Source: Microgenomates group bacterium (GTDB lineage Bacteria > Patescibacteriota > Microgenomatia > UBA10105 > UBA927). From it: DNA of 64,000 bases. How positions within the stretch are numbered: position 1 is the stretch's first letter; the number at the start of each line of letters is the position of its first letter. Below, piece by piece: positions 18,564 to 28,377 of the stretch. The stretch spans positions 122,042 to 186,041 of the forward strand of contig JBAQFJ010000001.1 in NCBI GenBank assembly GCA_049287205.1. The letters are read 5' to 3'. The notes beneath the pieces are model-generated. The model did no database searches, had not been told where the DNA came from, and worked only from the letters and a program-made list of their open reading frames with translations. Made by a program: the position numbers and the translations under genes.

Positions 18564-18737
18564 TTAGTCTAAATGACTGGTTTCTTTGTGTTCCGTGTGT
18601 TTTTTGCAGTGCCTGCAATATTTATTGAGGTGCAATTTTTCCGGAGTATTAATTTTATTCCGTTTGGTTATATAGTTGGTTGCTTTGCACACAGTGCAAA
18701 CAAGTCCAATGAGTAGTCGTTGATCTTTCTTTGCCAT
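18564..18737 (-). CDS. rpmG: 50S ribosomal protein L33
   Basis: Not in the >=60 aa track. Minus strand: MAKKDQRLLIGLVCTVCKATNYITKRNKINTPEKLHLNKYCRHCKKHTEHKETSHLD (57 aa), classic L33 zinc-ribbon pattern. A GAGGGTCTGACCCTG element follows the stop. Confidence 0.8.
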   Translation of the reverse strand: MAKKDQRLLIGLVCTVCKATNYITKRNKINTPEKLHLNKYCRHCKKHTEHKETSHLD

Positions 18738-18781
18738 AATAGAAGGTATTATACCGTATATTGGGTGTTAGTGCCAAGGGG

Positions 18782-19666
18782 TTATTCGAGCAGGTTGTTT
18801 TTGGAGATGGAGTTAGCAATAGCAGATGCCATAAGAGCGCGACCTTTGTCTGAATAGTGGATATGATCGCCGCTGTTAATATACGCGAGATTTCCGTTTC
18901 CATCAGATAAGAGTGACGGGTGATACGCATCGGCAAGCGGTAAGTGTTCACCTTCGGCAAACCGAATGGTATTTTCCAGATATTTTTTGATTGTGGTGAC
19001 CCGTTGCCATTTGTCTATAACGGAAAATGATATCCCCGGAGCGCCGTCGCCAAATTTGTTCGCGTTTGGTGCAATGGTGGCGGCGATAATGATTTTTGCA
19101 TTTGGAAGATTTGCCTTGACCGCGTCTACTGCTTTTGCCAATAAAAGCCAATGTGCATCAATGGTTGGTGCATCATCGCCAAACGGATTGTATCCAAACG
19201 ATTCAATGACAACGATATCAGGATTTGTTGCAACAAGGGATGTATAGGATTTGCCAAGATAGGTATAACTTTCAGTAATGCGTTTGATGCCGTATTGAAT
19301 ACCTGTGCCGCCAACGCCAAAGTTTTTAATGGTAAATTGTGTTTTTGGATATAGTTTTTTGAGTGCAGTTTGGAGTGCTGGTGCAGTCGGACCCAATGTA
19401 TCCATCATGGAATCACCCAGAAGTGCAACGATGACGGAAGATTGTTGTATCGGTTTTGTTGTGGGTGTTGGCAGTATTGTAGGAGTAGTGGAAATCATCA
19501 TCGGTCCGATAAATGTTTCTGCACCGAGCACGGCAGGTGCAGTTGTGGGAATTGGTGTTGCCATCAATGTACCAAACGATGTTTTTGCTGATACGGGGTG
19601 TGGTAGCAGAACAAAAATAATGAGAGTAGTGATGACAAATATAATGGAGTGCATGGCACTTTCCAT
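18782..19666 (-). CDS. secreted SGNH/GDSL-family hydrolase
   Basis: Signal peptide; ALLGDSMMD (GDS block) and GDHIHYS (DxxH block). Confidence 0.7.
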   Translation of the reverse strand: MESAMHSIIFVITTLIIFVLLPHPVSAKTSFGTLMATPIPTTAPAVLGAETFIGPMMISTTPTILPTPTTKPIQQSSVIVALLGDSMMDTLGPTAPALQTALKKLYPKTQFTIKNFGVGGTGIQYGIKRITESYTYLGKSYTSLVATNPDIVVIESFGYNPFGDDAPTIDAHWLLLAKAVDAVKANLPNAKIIIAATIAPNANKFGDGAPGISFSVIDKWQRVTTIKKYLENTIRFAEGEHLPLADAYHPSLLSDGNGNLAYINSGDHIHYSDKGRALMASAIANSISKNNLLE

Positions 19667-19699
19667 GATACACAGGGGATGTGGTGGTACGCAAACTTT

Positions 19700-20086
19700 T
19701 TATGCGCGTTTGGTGAGTTTTGCTTTCACGGTTTTTGCGCCAAAATATGTTTTGCAATATTTTGTGGTGAGTTTTGCATCAAACCATGCGCAGGAAAAAA
19801 TATTTAAATAGATTGCTTTTTTGTATTCTGAAAAATGTGCGGTGACAGAACTTGTTTCAATAAGCTGCACTAATGAATATCCTGAGGTGATTGGATTTTC
19901 ATGACCAAAATGGGGGATGAATGCCTTGCCATATCGTTTCATATGGATGACATTGTCACAGAGATCAATGACAAATTTTCTGATTTTTGTACGGGAGGAA
20001 AGAGTTGCTAAATTACAACCATATAAATTCAGGGTTAATTCCTGACCGAATAATTCGCTATCTTCTTCTCGTGGTGAGTGCAACAT
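19700..20086 (-). CDS. S-adenosylmethionine decarboxylase-like (pyruvoyl-dependent, archaeal/bacterial class 1b) protein
   Basis: 128 aa; FGQELTLNLYGC ... VQLIETSSVTAHFSEY resembles small AdoMetDC proenzymes. Confidence 0.5.
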   Translation of the reverse strand: MLHSPREEDSELFGQELTLNLYGCNLATLSSRTKIRKFVIDLCDNVIHMKRYGKAFIPHFGHENPITSGYSLVQLIETSSVTAHFSEYKKAIYLNIFSCAWFDAKLTTKYCKTYFGAKTVKAKLTKRA

Positions 20087-20210
20087 AATTCTGTAATTTT
20101 AAAAATAAACCAATACAATAAAACGCGAGGACAGTACGTTTATATATTAGTGTCAAGGAAATGAAACATGATGTCAAGAGAGGAAAACAATTTTTTTATA
20201 AAATATACTG

Positions 20211-20282
20211 AGCCCGGGGGGAGAATTGGACTCCCGACCTTTTTCTTACCAAGAAAACGTTCTACCACTGAACTACCCGGGC
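20211..20282 (-). tRNA. tRNA-Thr (anticodon GGT)
   Basis: Minus strand GCCCGGGTAGTTCAGTGGTAGAAC..TTTTC-TTGGTAA-GAAAA..GGGAG-TCCAATT-CTCCC..CCCGGGC. Confidence 0.7.
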
Positions 20283-20411
20283 AACATTGGTTTTCATTTT
20301 ATCAAAATTTCCAGTCTTTGTATTGTTGACTTTTTTTACGAGGAACAATACAGTGAGGGTGCGCATGGTTTTACAAAAGTTTTCGACTAATCATATATCA
20401 GGGGGTACTCT

Positions 20412-21350
20412 ATGAAAAACATTTTGGTCACAGGTGCATTCGGACAAATTGGCAGTGAACTTGTGCCGGCGCTGCAGAAGAAATTTGGTGAGACACATGT
20501 TGTTGCGATAGGACACCACAATATCCCAAAAAATTTCAAAGGGATTGTGGAAATTGCGGAAATTGGCGAGGGAGAAAAATTGGAAGCAATCATCAAAAAA
20601 TATTCTATCGATACGGTCTATCATCTTGTCTCACTGCTTTCCGCCAAAGGGGAAGTGGATCCTTCTTTGACGTGGCAGGTGAATATGGGTGGACTGAAAA
20701 TAATTTTGGATTTGGCGGTGACATATAAATTGCAGGTATTCTGGCCAAGTTCTATTGCTACATTTGGTCCGACTACGCCACGAGTGGAGACTCCACAACG
20801 AACAGTGTTGGAGCCGACAACCATGTACGGTGTTACCAAAGTTGCAGGAGAATTGTTGGTTTCGTATTATCATAAAAAATTTGGACTTGATATTCGGTCT
20901 ATCCGCTATCCGGGACTCATCAGTTGGAAGACGCCGCCTGGGGGTGGAACAACAGATTATGCGGTTGCCATTTTTTACGAAGGATTAAAACAGGGAAAGT
21001 ATGAATGTTTTGTTCGTCCTGATACGACGCTTCCAATGATGTACATGGATGATGCAGTTCGTGGAACAATGGAACTTATGGAGGCAGACCCAACGAAACT
21101 TACTGTGACGACGAGTTACAATTTTTCTGCAATCAGTTTTACAGCGGAAGAGTTAGCAGCAGAAATTAATAAATATATAAAAGTTGATGTAACCTATGCA
21201 CCTGATGCACGTCAGGCAATTGCAGATAGTTGGCCGCAGTCCATTGACGATACGGCAGCGCGGAACGATTGGGGATGGAAACATGAATATACACTTGAAA
21301 AAATGACAACCGTGATGATAGAAGCATTACAAAAGAAAGGAAACCTATGA
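20412..21350 (+). CDS. tdh: L-threonine 3-dehydrogenase (NAD-dependent epimerase/dehydratase family, short-chain type)
   Basis: 312 aa; [15 protein letters not shown] Rossmann N-terminus, YGVTK catalytic YxxxK. Sits next to kbl as in SDR-type Tdh operons. Confidence 0.7.
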   Translation: MKNILVTGAFGQIGSELVPALQKKFGETHVVAIGHHNIPKNFKGIVEIAEIGEGEKLEAIIKKYSIDTVYHLVSLLSAKGEVDPSLTWQVNMGGLKIILDLAVTYKLQVFWPSSIATFGPTTPRVETPQRTVLEPTTMYGVTKVAGELLVSYYHKKFGLDIRSIRYPGLISWKTPPGGGTTDYAVAIFYEGLKQGKYECFVRPDTTLPMMYMDDAVRGTMELMEADPTKLTVTTSYNFSAISFTAEELAAEINKYIKVDVTYAPDARQAIADSWPQSIDDTAARNDWGWKHEYTLEKMTTVMIEALQKKGNL

Positions 21351-22558
21351 ACGATCCATTACAACCGTTTTATGATCAGATTGAGACGATGAAAGAGAAG
21401 GGATTGTATACAAATATTCGCACCGTTGAATCATCACAGGGTGCATGGCTCACAGTTGGCGGCAAAAAAGTATTGAATTTTTGTTCCAATAATTATCTTG
21501 GTCTTGCAGGTAATGCAGATCTCGGTAAAGCTGCGATTGCTGCCATTAAAACATATGGTGTTGGGCCGGGAGCGGTTCGTGTGCTTTCCGGAACGAATAT
21601 CTTGCATCTTGAACTGGAAACCCTGATTGCAAAATTTAAACGATGCGAAGCTGCCATCGTTGTACAGAGTGGATTTATCGCCAACATCATTGCGATTCAA
21701 TCCCTCATGGGGAAAGAAGATGTCGTGATTTCTGATGAACTCAATCACGCATCCATCATTGATGCGGTAAAAATTGCACAGATTGGAAATAAATTTATTT
21801 ACAAGCATAATGACATGCAGGATTTGGAACTAAAACTGAAAGAAGTCCAGCAGCTTGCGGAAACCCCACGTACGGATGGGTCGAAACGACTTGTTTTGAT
21901 CGTGACGGACGGTGTGTTTTCGATGGATGGAGACATTGCAAAACTTCCAGAAATTGTGCACCTTGCGAAAAAATATGGTGCAATCACTATGACCGATGAT
22001 GCACATGGCGAAGGGGTACTCGGAAGTCATGGACGGGGAATTGTGGATCATTTTAATCTCCACGGACAAGTAGATATTGAAGTAGGGACGCTTTCAAAGG
22101 CACTTGGCGTGGTTGGTGGAGTGATTACCGGCAAAAAAGAACTGATTGAATGGTATCGGCAAAAAGGACGACCATTCGCATTTTCCACAGGGCTGACTAT
22201 TCCTGATACCGCAGCACTGATTGCTTGTATCACGATGCTTATGAAATCAGATGTCTTAGTCAAAAAAGTGTGGGCAAATGGTGACTATTTAAAAAAGGAA
22301 TTTACAAAGCTTGGATTTAATACGGGCGTGTCAGAAACGCCGATTACACCCGTAATGATCGGTGATGAAAATCTTGCCAAGACGTTCAGCGCTAAGCTTT
22401 TTGAACACAATGTGTTTGCAACACCAATTAAGTTCCCGATGGTGGCACTTGGGAAGGCGCGGATTCGCGTTATGCCATCAGCTAGCCATACAAAAAAAGA
22501 TTTGGATTTCGGAATTGCCGCATTTGAAACAGTTGGGAAAGAACTCGGCATTATCTAG
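21347..22558 (+). CDS. kbl: 2-amino-3-ketobutyrate CoA ligase (glycine C-acetyltransferase)
   Basis: 403 aa PLP enzyme of the AONS family; ATGA overlap with tdh. Confidence 0.8.
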   Translation: MNDPLQPFYDQIETMKEKGLYTNIRTVESSQGAWLTVGGKKVLNFCSNNYLGLAGNADLGKAAIAAIKTYGVGPGAVRVLSGTNILHLELETLIAKFKRCEAAIVVQSGFIANIIAIQSLMGKEDVVISDELNHASIIDAVKIAQIGNKFIYKHNDMQDLELKLKEVQQLAETPRTDGSKRLVLIVTDGVFSMDGDIAKLPEIVHLAKKYGAITMTDDAHGEGVLGSHGRGIVDHFNLHGQVDIEVGTLSKALGVVGGVITGKKELIEWYRQKGRPFAFSTGLTIPDTAALIACITMLMKSDVLVKKVWANGDYLKKEFTKLGFNTGVSETPITPVMIGDENLAKTFSAKLFEHNVFATPIKFPMVALGKARIRVMPSASHTKKDLDFGIAAFETVGKELGII

Positions 22559-22561
22559 CTT

Positions 22562-22580
22562 GGAGAGGGTCAGACCCTCC
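22562..22580. repeat. palindromic element, copy 4
   Basis: GGAGAGGGTCAGACCCTCC between kbl and the hydrolase gene. Confidence 0.8.
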
Positions 22581-22587
22581 TTAAACA

Positions 22588-23592
22588 ATGAAGACAAACG
22601 TATTTCGCATTATTCTCGTGTGTTTGATCATTGGTGTTGGTGGTATCTTCGGATGGCTGGTATTTCCAAAAGAAAACGGAGTACTTATTAGTCCGTTAAG
22701 CATGGTGAAAGAAAAACCATTGGAAAAATATTCCATACTGCGATTGGCGAGTCGTGAATTTATTCCTTCTCCGATTGTGTTAAGTGAACCCACAGCCACA
22801 ACGAGCGCGTATACAGTCTATCCGTTTTCGTTTGTCAGTGATGGGAAAAAAGTAACGGGAATTGCCCATATTCCTATATCAGTAAATCCTGAAAAAACAT
22901 TTCCTGTGGTTGTGCAACTCCGCGGGTATGTCGATCGGGAGATCTATACGCCCGGTATGGGCACAACACATAGTGCCGAAGTCTATGCAAAAAATGGGTA
23001 TATTTCCTTTGCGCCTGATTTTTTGGGATACGGCGGATCTGACGCGCCGTCATTAAGTCCGATTGAAGAGCGACTGGAAACCTATACAACCGCTTTGACA
23101 CTTCTTGCATCTGTTCCAAGGTTTCCACATGCAGACCCAACGCGTATTGGACTATGGGGGCACAGTAACGGCGGACAGATCGCGTTGACACTTTTGACGG
23201 TTCTTGGTGACCGTGCAGTACCCACTGCTGTATGGGCACCGGTGACAAAACCGTTTCCGTATAACATTTTGTATTACACGGATGAATTTGATGATCGGGG
23301 AAAAGCTTTACGAAAAGTGGTGGCAGATTTTGAGGCAGACTATGATGCGGATTTATATTCCATGACGCAGTATCTGGATCGGATTGCCGTTCCTATACAG
23401 CTCTCTCAGGGAACAAACGATGACGCGGTGCCTTTTGCGTGGAGTGATAGTTTTGTGGAACTTTTGGAAGAAAAGAAAACAGATGTTACATATTATATTT
23501 ATTCCGGAGCTGACCATAATTTAGCAGGTGGTGACGCGTGGAACAGTGCGATGGGGCGCGATATGCAGTTTTTTGCTGCTGCATGGAAATAG
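22588..23592 (+). CDS. membrane-anchored alpha/beta-hydrolase (dienelactone hydrolase / S9-like)
   Basis: N-terminal TM; GHSNGG nucleophile elbow; Asp/His later. Bracketed by two copies of the GAGGGTCAGACCCTC element. Confidence 0.65.
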   Translation: MKTNVFRIILVCLIIGVGGIFGWLVFPKENGVLISPLSMVKEKPLEKYSILRLASREFIPSPIVLSEPTATTSAYTVYPFSFVSDGKKVTGIAHIPISVNPEKTFPVVVQLRGYVDREIYTPGMGTTHSAEVYAKNGYISFAPDFLGYGGSDAPSLSPIEERLETYTTALTLLASVPRFPHADPTRIGLWGHSNGGQIALTLLTVLGDRAVPTAVWAPVTKPFPYNILYYTDEFDDRGKALRKVVADFEADYDADLYSMTQYLDRIAVPIQLSQGTNDDAVPFAWSDSFVELLEEKKTDVTYYIYSGADHNLAGGDAWNSAMGRDMQFFAAAWK

Positions 23593-23596
23593 CCGC

Positions 23597-23617
23597 GAGG
23601 CTAGGGTCAGACCCTCC
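23597..23617. repeat. palindromic element, copy 5
   Basis: gaggctAGGGTCAGACCCTCC, 5 nt after the hydrolase stop. Confidence 0.8.
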
Positions 23618-23672
23618 TTAGAAAAAAACACGGGAGATGAATCCCGTGTTTATTTTTTTATATGTGTTTTAT

Positions 23673-24176
23673 TTACGGTAATGTTATCGTGCCTGCTGCA
23701 CACGATGCTGATGCGCCCTGATCATCTGATACCATGGTTTTCATGGTCACTGCAGCGCCTTTGACGAGTTCCACAGCTTTTGTGGTGCATTGATACGTTT
23801 GTCCGCCACGTTCGTCAGCCGATTTTAAGACTGCTTCTGCTTCTGATGTTGCCAACACTTTTCCATCTGCGTTTGCAGTTACTGTAAATGTACAGGTGAC
23901 GCTTTTGGTGGTAAGCAGTGCTGATCCTTCTGCTGACAAGTAGTATTTTGGAAATCCGATCATCGGGTTATACCATTGCTTATCACAGGAAAGCTTTGAA
24001 ATCATGGTTTTTTCTTCAACTACAGGTGTTGTCGTTGTTGTTTCTTGTGTTGTCGCTTTTGGTTTTGGCCAAAGGAGCACTCCAGCAACGATGACGGCGA
24101 CCACGATGATGGCGCCAATGATGTATACGCTTGAGGTTTCACCCTCATGTTGTGTGTTCTGCGTTTCGTTTTCCAT
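23673..24176 (-). CDS. hypothetical membrane-anchored protein
   Basis: 167 aa; single TM then Thr-rich linker and Cys-containing domain. Confidence 0.45.
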   Translation of the reverse strand: MENETQNTQHEGETSSVYIIGAIIVVAVIVAGVLLWPKPKATTQETTTTTPVVEEKTMISKLSCDKQWYNPMIGFPKYYLSAEGSALLTTKSVTCTFTVTANADGKVLATSEAEAVLKSADERGGQTYQCTTKAVELVKGAAVTMKTMVSDDQGASASCAAGTITLP

Positions 24177-24253
24177 ATATAGATACTATATATATAAATG
24201 AAGCAATTTGGCAAGGGGGTGTATGATAATCTGCATGTATAATAGGAAATAGT

Positions 24254-24928
24254 ATGCAAATACAAAAATTGTTTGGGGTTGAACAGGCACGCGATGCAAC
24301 AGGATTTGTTGTGGTTATCGATGTGTTTCGTGCAGCATCAACTGCCGCGTGTGCGCTCGCACAGGGTGCAAAAGAAATTATTCCCGTCGCAACAAAAGAA
24401 GACGCATTTTTGTATAGAGAAACGCATCTGGATACTCTGATTATGGGAGAAGACAAAGGAATAATGATTCCAGGATTCGATTTCGGTAACTCGCCGTATC
24501 TTCTTGCAAAAGAAGATTTGATTGGAAAAACGATGATTCATCGGTCAACGCAGGGAACACAAGGACTTGTTCGTGCTATTCATGCATCACCACTTGTGTT
24601 TGGAAGTTTTGTTATAGCACAGGCAATCGTTTCATATATTCGTGCTGTTGCCCCGTTAACGGTGACATTTGTTGCGCTCGGTGGTGAACAATTCGAAGAT
24701 GGCATATTTGCCACGTATATGGAAGATCTTCTTCAGGGACGTAACCCAACCAAACATTCTGTGGAAAAACAAATTCAAGGAAGTATTCATGCAAAACGAT
24801 TTTTTGATCCAATGAAACCAGATTTTCCGAAAGAAGATTATTATTTTTGTTTGGATATAAACAAATTTCCGTTTGTCGTTGAGGCCGTTCGAACACCATA
24901 TCTTCATCTAGTGAAGAAAACTATTTGA
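24254..24928 (+). CDS. 2-phosphosulfolactate phosphatase (ComB) family protein
   Basis: 224 aa; GFVVVIDVFRAASTAACALAQGAKEIIPV resembles the ComB N-terminal signature. Confidence 0.5.
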   Translation: MQIQKLFGVEQARDATGFVVVIDVFRAASTAACALAQGAKEIIPVATKEDAFLYRETHLDTLIMGEDKGIMIPGFDFGNSPYLLAKEDLIGKTMIHRSTQGTQGLVRAIHASPLVFGSFVIAQAIVSYIRAVAPLTVTFVALGGEQFEDGIFATYMEDLLQGRNPTKHSVEKQIQGSIHAKRFFDPMKPDFPKEDYYFCLDINKFPFVVEAVRTPYLHLVKKTI

Positions 24929-24999
24929 GCCGAGGCGGGGATTCGGACCCCGGACCTACTGTTTACAAAACAGTTGCTCTACCACTGAGCTATCTCGGC
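24928..24999 (-). tRNA. tRNA-Thr (anticodon TGT)
   Basis: Minus strand GCCGAGATAGCTCAGTGGTAGAGCA-ACTGT-TTTGTAA-ACAGT...GGGGTCCGAATCCCC... Confidence 0.7.
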
Positions 25000-25010
25000 A
25001 AGCTTTTGGG

Positions 25011-25095
25011 TGTCAGGACCAGGATTCGAACCTGGGTAGCCCGTTAAGGCGACAGTTTTACAGACTGTTGCGATTGTCCACTCTGCCATCCTGAC
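25011..25095 (-). tRNA. tRNA-Tyr (anticodon GTA)
   Basis: 85 nt with long variable arm; anticodon arm ACAGT-CTGTAAA-ACTGT; T-arm CCAGG-TTCGAAT-CCTGG. Confidence 0.65.
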
Positions 25096-25123
25096 AAAAA
25101 AATATTCAGTTGTTAACGTTGTA

Positions 25124-25190
25124 TTGCGATTGTCCACCCCGCCTGCATACGCTTTGCGTAAGCATAGCGGGCAGGTCTGCCATCCTGACA
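25124..25190 (-). pseudogene. degenerate duplicate of the tRNA-Tyr 5' half interrupted by a 38-nt nested-palindrome insertion
   Basis: tgtcaggatggcaga + [cctgcccgctatgcttacgcaaagcgtatgcaggcgg] + ggtggacaatcgcaa matches the first ~30 nt of tRNA-Tyr, then diverges with no anticodon or T arm. Confidence 0.45.
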
Positions 25191-25529
25191 TCACGCGTAG
25201 TTGTCATTATATCGTAAATAACCGGTGCTTTCCATGACGTTTTTATGCGTGTTGATAAACTTGACAATGCGTTGGATTTATTTTACGCTTACTAGTGCTC
25301 GGAAGGGATATTTGTAAAGCGATTTTTCCTCTACAAATTTCTCATAAATGAGGTTCGCGTTTGTTATATTTATCAAACGCTACAGGACGACACGTATCGA
25401 TTGCCCGTGGGTAATTGATCAGTCCTACCAAGTAGTTTCAGATCGGGGAAAACCTTTACAACCCTTCGAGCGGAATTATTTTTCTTCTTTTGGTTCTTCC
25501 TGTTGTCGTTTTCGTGATACCATAGAACT

Positions 25530-25853
25530 ATGCTTACTGGTGTGAGACTCAAAGAAAAAGCGAGGTGTTTTGAAAAAAAGATGCGAGGACCTGCACATAC
25601 CATCAGGCTTTCCATTATCTATCTTCTTGCACACGGCGAGTTGCCGCTCCATGAGATAGTTTTGGATATTGATAAACCACAAAATCTTGTATCGCATCAT
25701 ATGAAGGTGTTAGAAAAAAGCGGATGGGTGGGAAAACGGACAGAAGGCAGGGAAGTGTATTATCGTCTCATTGACCGTGGGTTTTTTGAGCTTCATCGTA
25801 TGATTGTTGATACGCCATTTTATCACACTACACTGATGAAACGGTTGAAATAA
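25530..25853 (+). CDS. ArsR/SmtB-family transcriptional regulator
   Basis: 107 aa; HTH ...LPLHEIVLDIDKPQNLVSHHMKVLEKSGWV..R.GREVYYRL. Confidence 0.7.
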   Translation: MLTGVRLKEKARCFEKKMRGPAHTIRLSIIYLLAHGELPLHEIVLDIDKPQNLVSHHMKVLEKSGWVGKRTEGREVYYRLIDRGFFELHRMIVDTPFYHTTLMKRLK

Positions 25854-25997
25854 GCGTTTTCCCTCTTGACTGTTATTTGAATTTTCTTCCATACTATAAC
25901 AGTTCGTATTTATTCTGCCCGAAGACAGTGCTATGAAGCTTATATATTTCAATAGTGCATATACGGCAATGCAAATTGCCGGGCATTCTTTTCTCTA

Positions 25998-26021
25998 AAG
26001 ACCCTTATGGGTCTTTTTTTT
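25998..26021 (+). terminator. intrinsic terminator downstream of the ArsR gene
   Basis: aagaccc-ttat-gggtctt hairpin followed by 8 T. Confidence 0.65.
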
Positions 26022-26069
26022 GAGGAAATTTGAACTCTATTGAACAAAATAGCACTATAGGGTACAATT

Positions 26070-28331
26070 ATGGCTATGGCAGAGTTAGCTGGATCACGAT
26101 CAATACTTTTTGGCACATCAAAAGGGTTTGCTCCAGTTCCTCATATGGAATTGGGCAATCGATTTCCTTCTGAGTCTTCTTTATTGCTTGAAGATATTAA
26201 TAAACTTGCAGGAAAAACAGAGTCATTCCACTTAACTACTCTTTTTAGTGAAAATGGACCAAAGAGCGCATGGTCTGGCCTCGTTCTTAGAACAAAATCA
26301 CTTTCATCTGAACTGCGGTCAAATGCAGTTTCATACGAAACTCCTGATCACAAACTTGGCATTGCATTTCCAAAACATGTTGAAGTCGTTAAACCCACAG
26401 GTATTGGTGGAGAGCGTACACAACATCTCGAGATGTGCGGACAACGGATTACTAGCATTATTGAGAGAAGCGAATTAGTCAGGCTGGCTGAGGCATATGT
26501 TTCCAGTGGAAAACAGATAAATGAGCAGTGGTTATGGGATACCTTCAACACAAAATCAGCGAGCGGACTGCATGATATTTTGCATGAATACGGTGATGCC
26601 CTCAAGGTGGTTATGGAAGAAACGTGGAAAGATCTTACATTCGGTAAATTGCCGGCAAAACCAGTCAACACGTCTACAGCACCTGAACACCGGTTTACCG
26701 TCAGCAAGGGAACACCAATTGCTGGTATTTTTCAGGAAATTACCGCGGAGCAGGCTATTGCTCCATCTGTCCGTCTGACGACCATGGATAAGATGAATGT
26801 GGCCGTTGTTCTCACGATTGGTGCTGCAGCAACTTCCGGTTGCAATCCGATCCAGACAGTCACACCCACAGAAGTTATTCAAATTCCACCCGCAAATCAA
26901 ACGCCTGAAATACCAACTGATGTAAAGCCAACGATAACGAGTACTGAGCAAAGTCCTGCAAGTACACCTACCAATCCTGTTGCGGTTGGTCCAGAATCAA
27001 CACCGGAAAGCTCCGTTCCCTATCCAACGGATTTGTATGCAGAAACGGTGAAAAGCCAGCTTACAGCAGGAGAGCCTGCAGTACCGAGCGATATCGCAAA
27101 CAACGAAGGGGTAAAAGCAATTATTGCACGGCATACAGAATGGGCAAAGCAAGCAGGATTAGACTTTGATGCGATGCAAATTCACATGGCGCCTGACGGC
27201 ATTCACTGGTATCTTGTTCCGGAAAAAAATGGCACTATTTCCGGGTGGCTCATGATTGAAGACGCAAGTTCACAGACAGGATGGCGGTACGCAGAGCAGC
27301 CAACCTATGATTCACAATTTGATCCAAGTAAAGACACATTCCAATTCGGTTTGCCGGCACTACATAATACCGCAAATCATTTCGATACAATTTATGCAGG
27401 ATTTCCACTCCTTGTTGAGGTAAGTGCAAAAGGGGAACCGCAATATTGGAATAATATTGCTGCAAAAGAGGTACAAGAAGTGAAAGGAGCAACCATCGAA
27501 AAAGATTATCGCGCTGAATATGAAAAAGTGAAAGCTGATCCTTGGACGGCAACGGAAGCAGAGAAAGCAGGGTATGACACCTATGTCCGTCAGCAACTTG
27601 CGGCAGCAGGCATTGAGAATGCAGAAACATTGCCTGATTATGAACTCTTGGAAGCAGTGATTGAGTATCAGCAACACCTGATTGAAACAGGCGGTTTGGA
27701 AAATCCTGCAGATTATCTTGTAGATCTTCCGTTATCGCTGCATGAATTGATACGGACGGATATGAATAACGTTATTGGAGTTCATTATGATGAGAGTCGA
27801 TCTGCCACGTATGGAATAGGAGGAACTGCTAGGTTAACTCGTGAGGATTTATTGACGGATGTTATTGCATATTATCCAAAATTTTCTGTGTACGGGAAAA
27901 TGTTACAAGTGAATACTAGTGAGTTTCCGATAAATGGTGATTTAGTTTTATTATATAAAACTCCCGGTATGGATCCGAGTGTTGGAATTGGTGCGGTTAT
28001 ACGGATGTATGATGGTAATAAAGTAGCTTATACAGAGGTTCTTATTCCAACTACCAACGCACCAATGAATTCAGGAGATATGTGTTTGAATCAATCGTAT
28101 GGAGAGGCTGCACTGCCAATATCCTGTCCTGTGGGAGCACAAAGAGCAGAGGCATATTTAAAAGATACAAGTTGGGAACCTTTTAATTTGTCAAAAATAT
28201 TAAAAATAATGTCAGAAAGCGATCAGATTTTACAATTGGAGATTACCAGTGATGGGATGACTCAGGTGGGCGTTCCAATGTGGTCAGATGGAGTAGAAAT
28301 AGCAAATAATATAACTATATTAGATAAATAA
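26070..28331 (+). CDS. large hypothetical bitopic protein (cytoplasmic N-domain, TM/lipobox-like segment, Thr/Pro-rich linker, large extracytoplasmic domain)
   Basis: 753 aa; internal MDKMNVAVVLTIGAAATSGC (possible alternative start at 26784); T/P-rich linker; no known domain. TTGAAC-N17-TACAAT lies immediately upstream of the ATG (possible leaderless start). Confidence 0.55.
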   Translation: MAMAELAGSRSILFGTSKGFAPVPHMELGNRFPSESSLLLEDINKLAGKTESFHLTTLFSENGPKSAWSGLVLRTKSLSSELRSNAVSYETPDHKLGIAFPKHVEVVKPTGIGGERTQHLEMCGQRITSIIERSELVRLAEAYVSSGKQINEQWLWDTFNTKSASGLHDILHEYGDALKVVMEETWKDLTFGKLPAKPVNTSTAPEHRFTVSKGTPIAGIFQEITAEQAIAPSVRLTTMDKMNVAVVLTIGAAATSGCNPIQTVTPTEVIQIPPANQTPEIPTDVKPTITSTEQSPASTPTNPVAVGPESTPESSVPYPTDLYAETVKSQLTAGEPAVPSDIANNEGVKAIIARHTEWAKQAGLDFDAMQIHMAPDGIHWYLVPEKNGTISGWLMIEDASSQTGWRYAEQPTYDSQFDPSKDTFQFGLPALHNTANHFDTIYAGFPLLVEVSAKGEPQYWNNIAAKEVQEVKGATIEKDYRAEYEKVKADPWTATEAEKAGYDTYVRQQLAAAGIENAETLPDYELLEAVIEYQQHLIETGGLENPADYLVDLPLSLHELIRTDMNNVIGVHYDESRSATYGIGGTARLTREDLLTDVIAYYPKFSVYGKMLQVNTSEFPINGDLVLLYKTPGMDPSVGIGAVIRMYDGNKVAYTEVLIPTTNAPMNSGDMCLNQSYGEAALPISCPVGAQRAEAYLKDTSWEPFNLSKILKIMSESDQILQLEITSDGMTQVGVPMWSDGVEIANNITILDK

Positions 28332-28377
28332 TCTATCTTCTCTTGATTATTATCTTCATCACTGATACCGTAGAAGT

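Noticed and set aside
18655-18960. 101-aa ORF overlapping rpmG.
   Set aside because: The same DNA encodes a textbook L33 on the other reading. The long ORF has no support.
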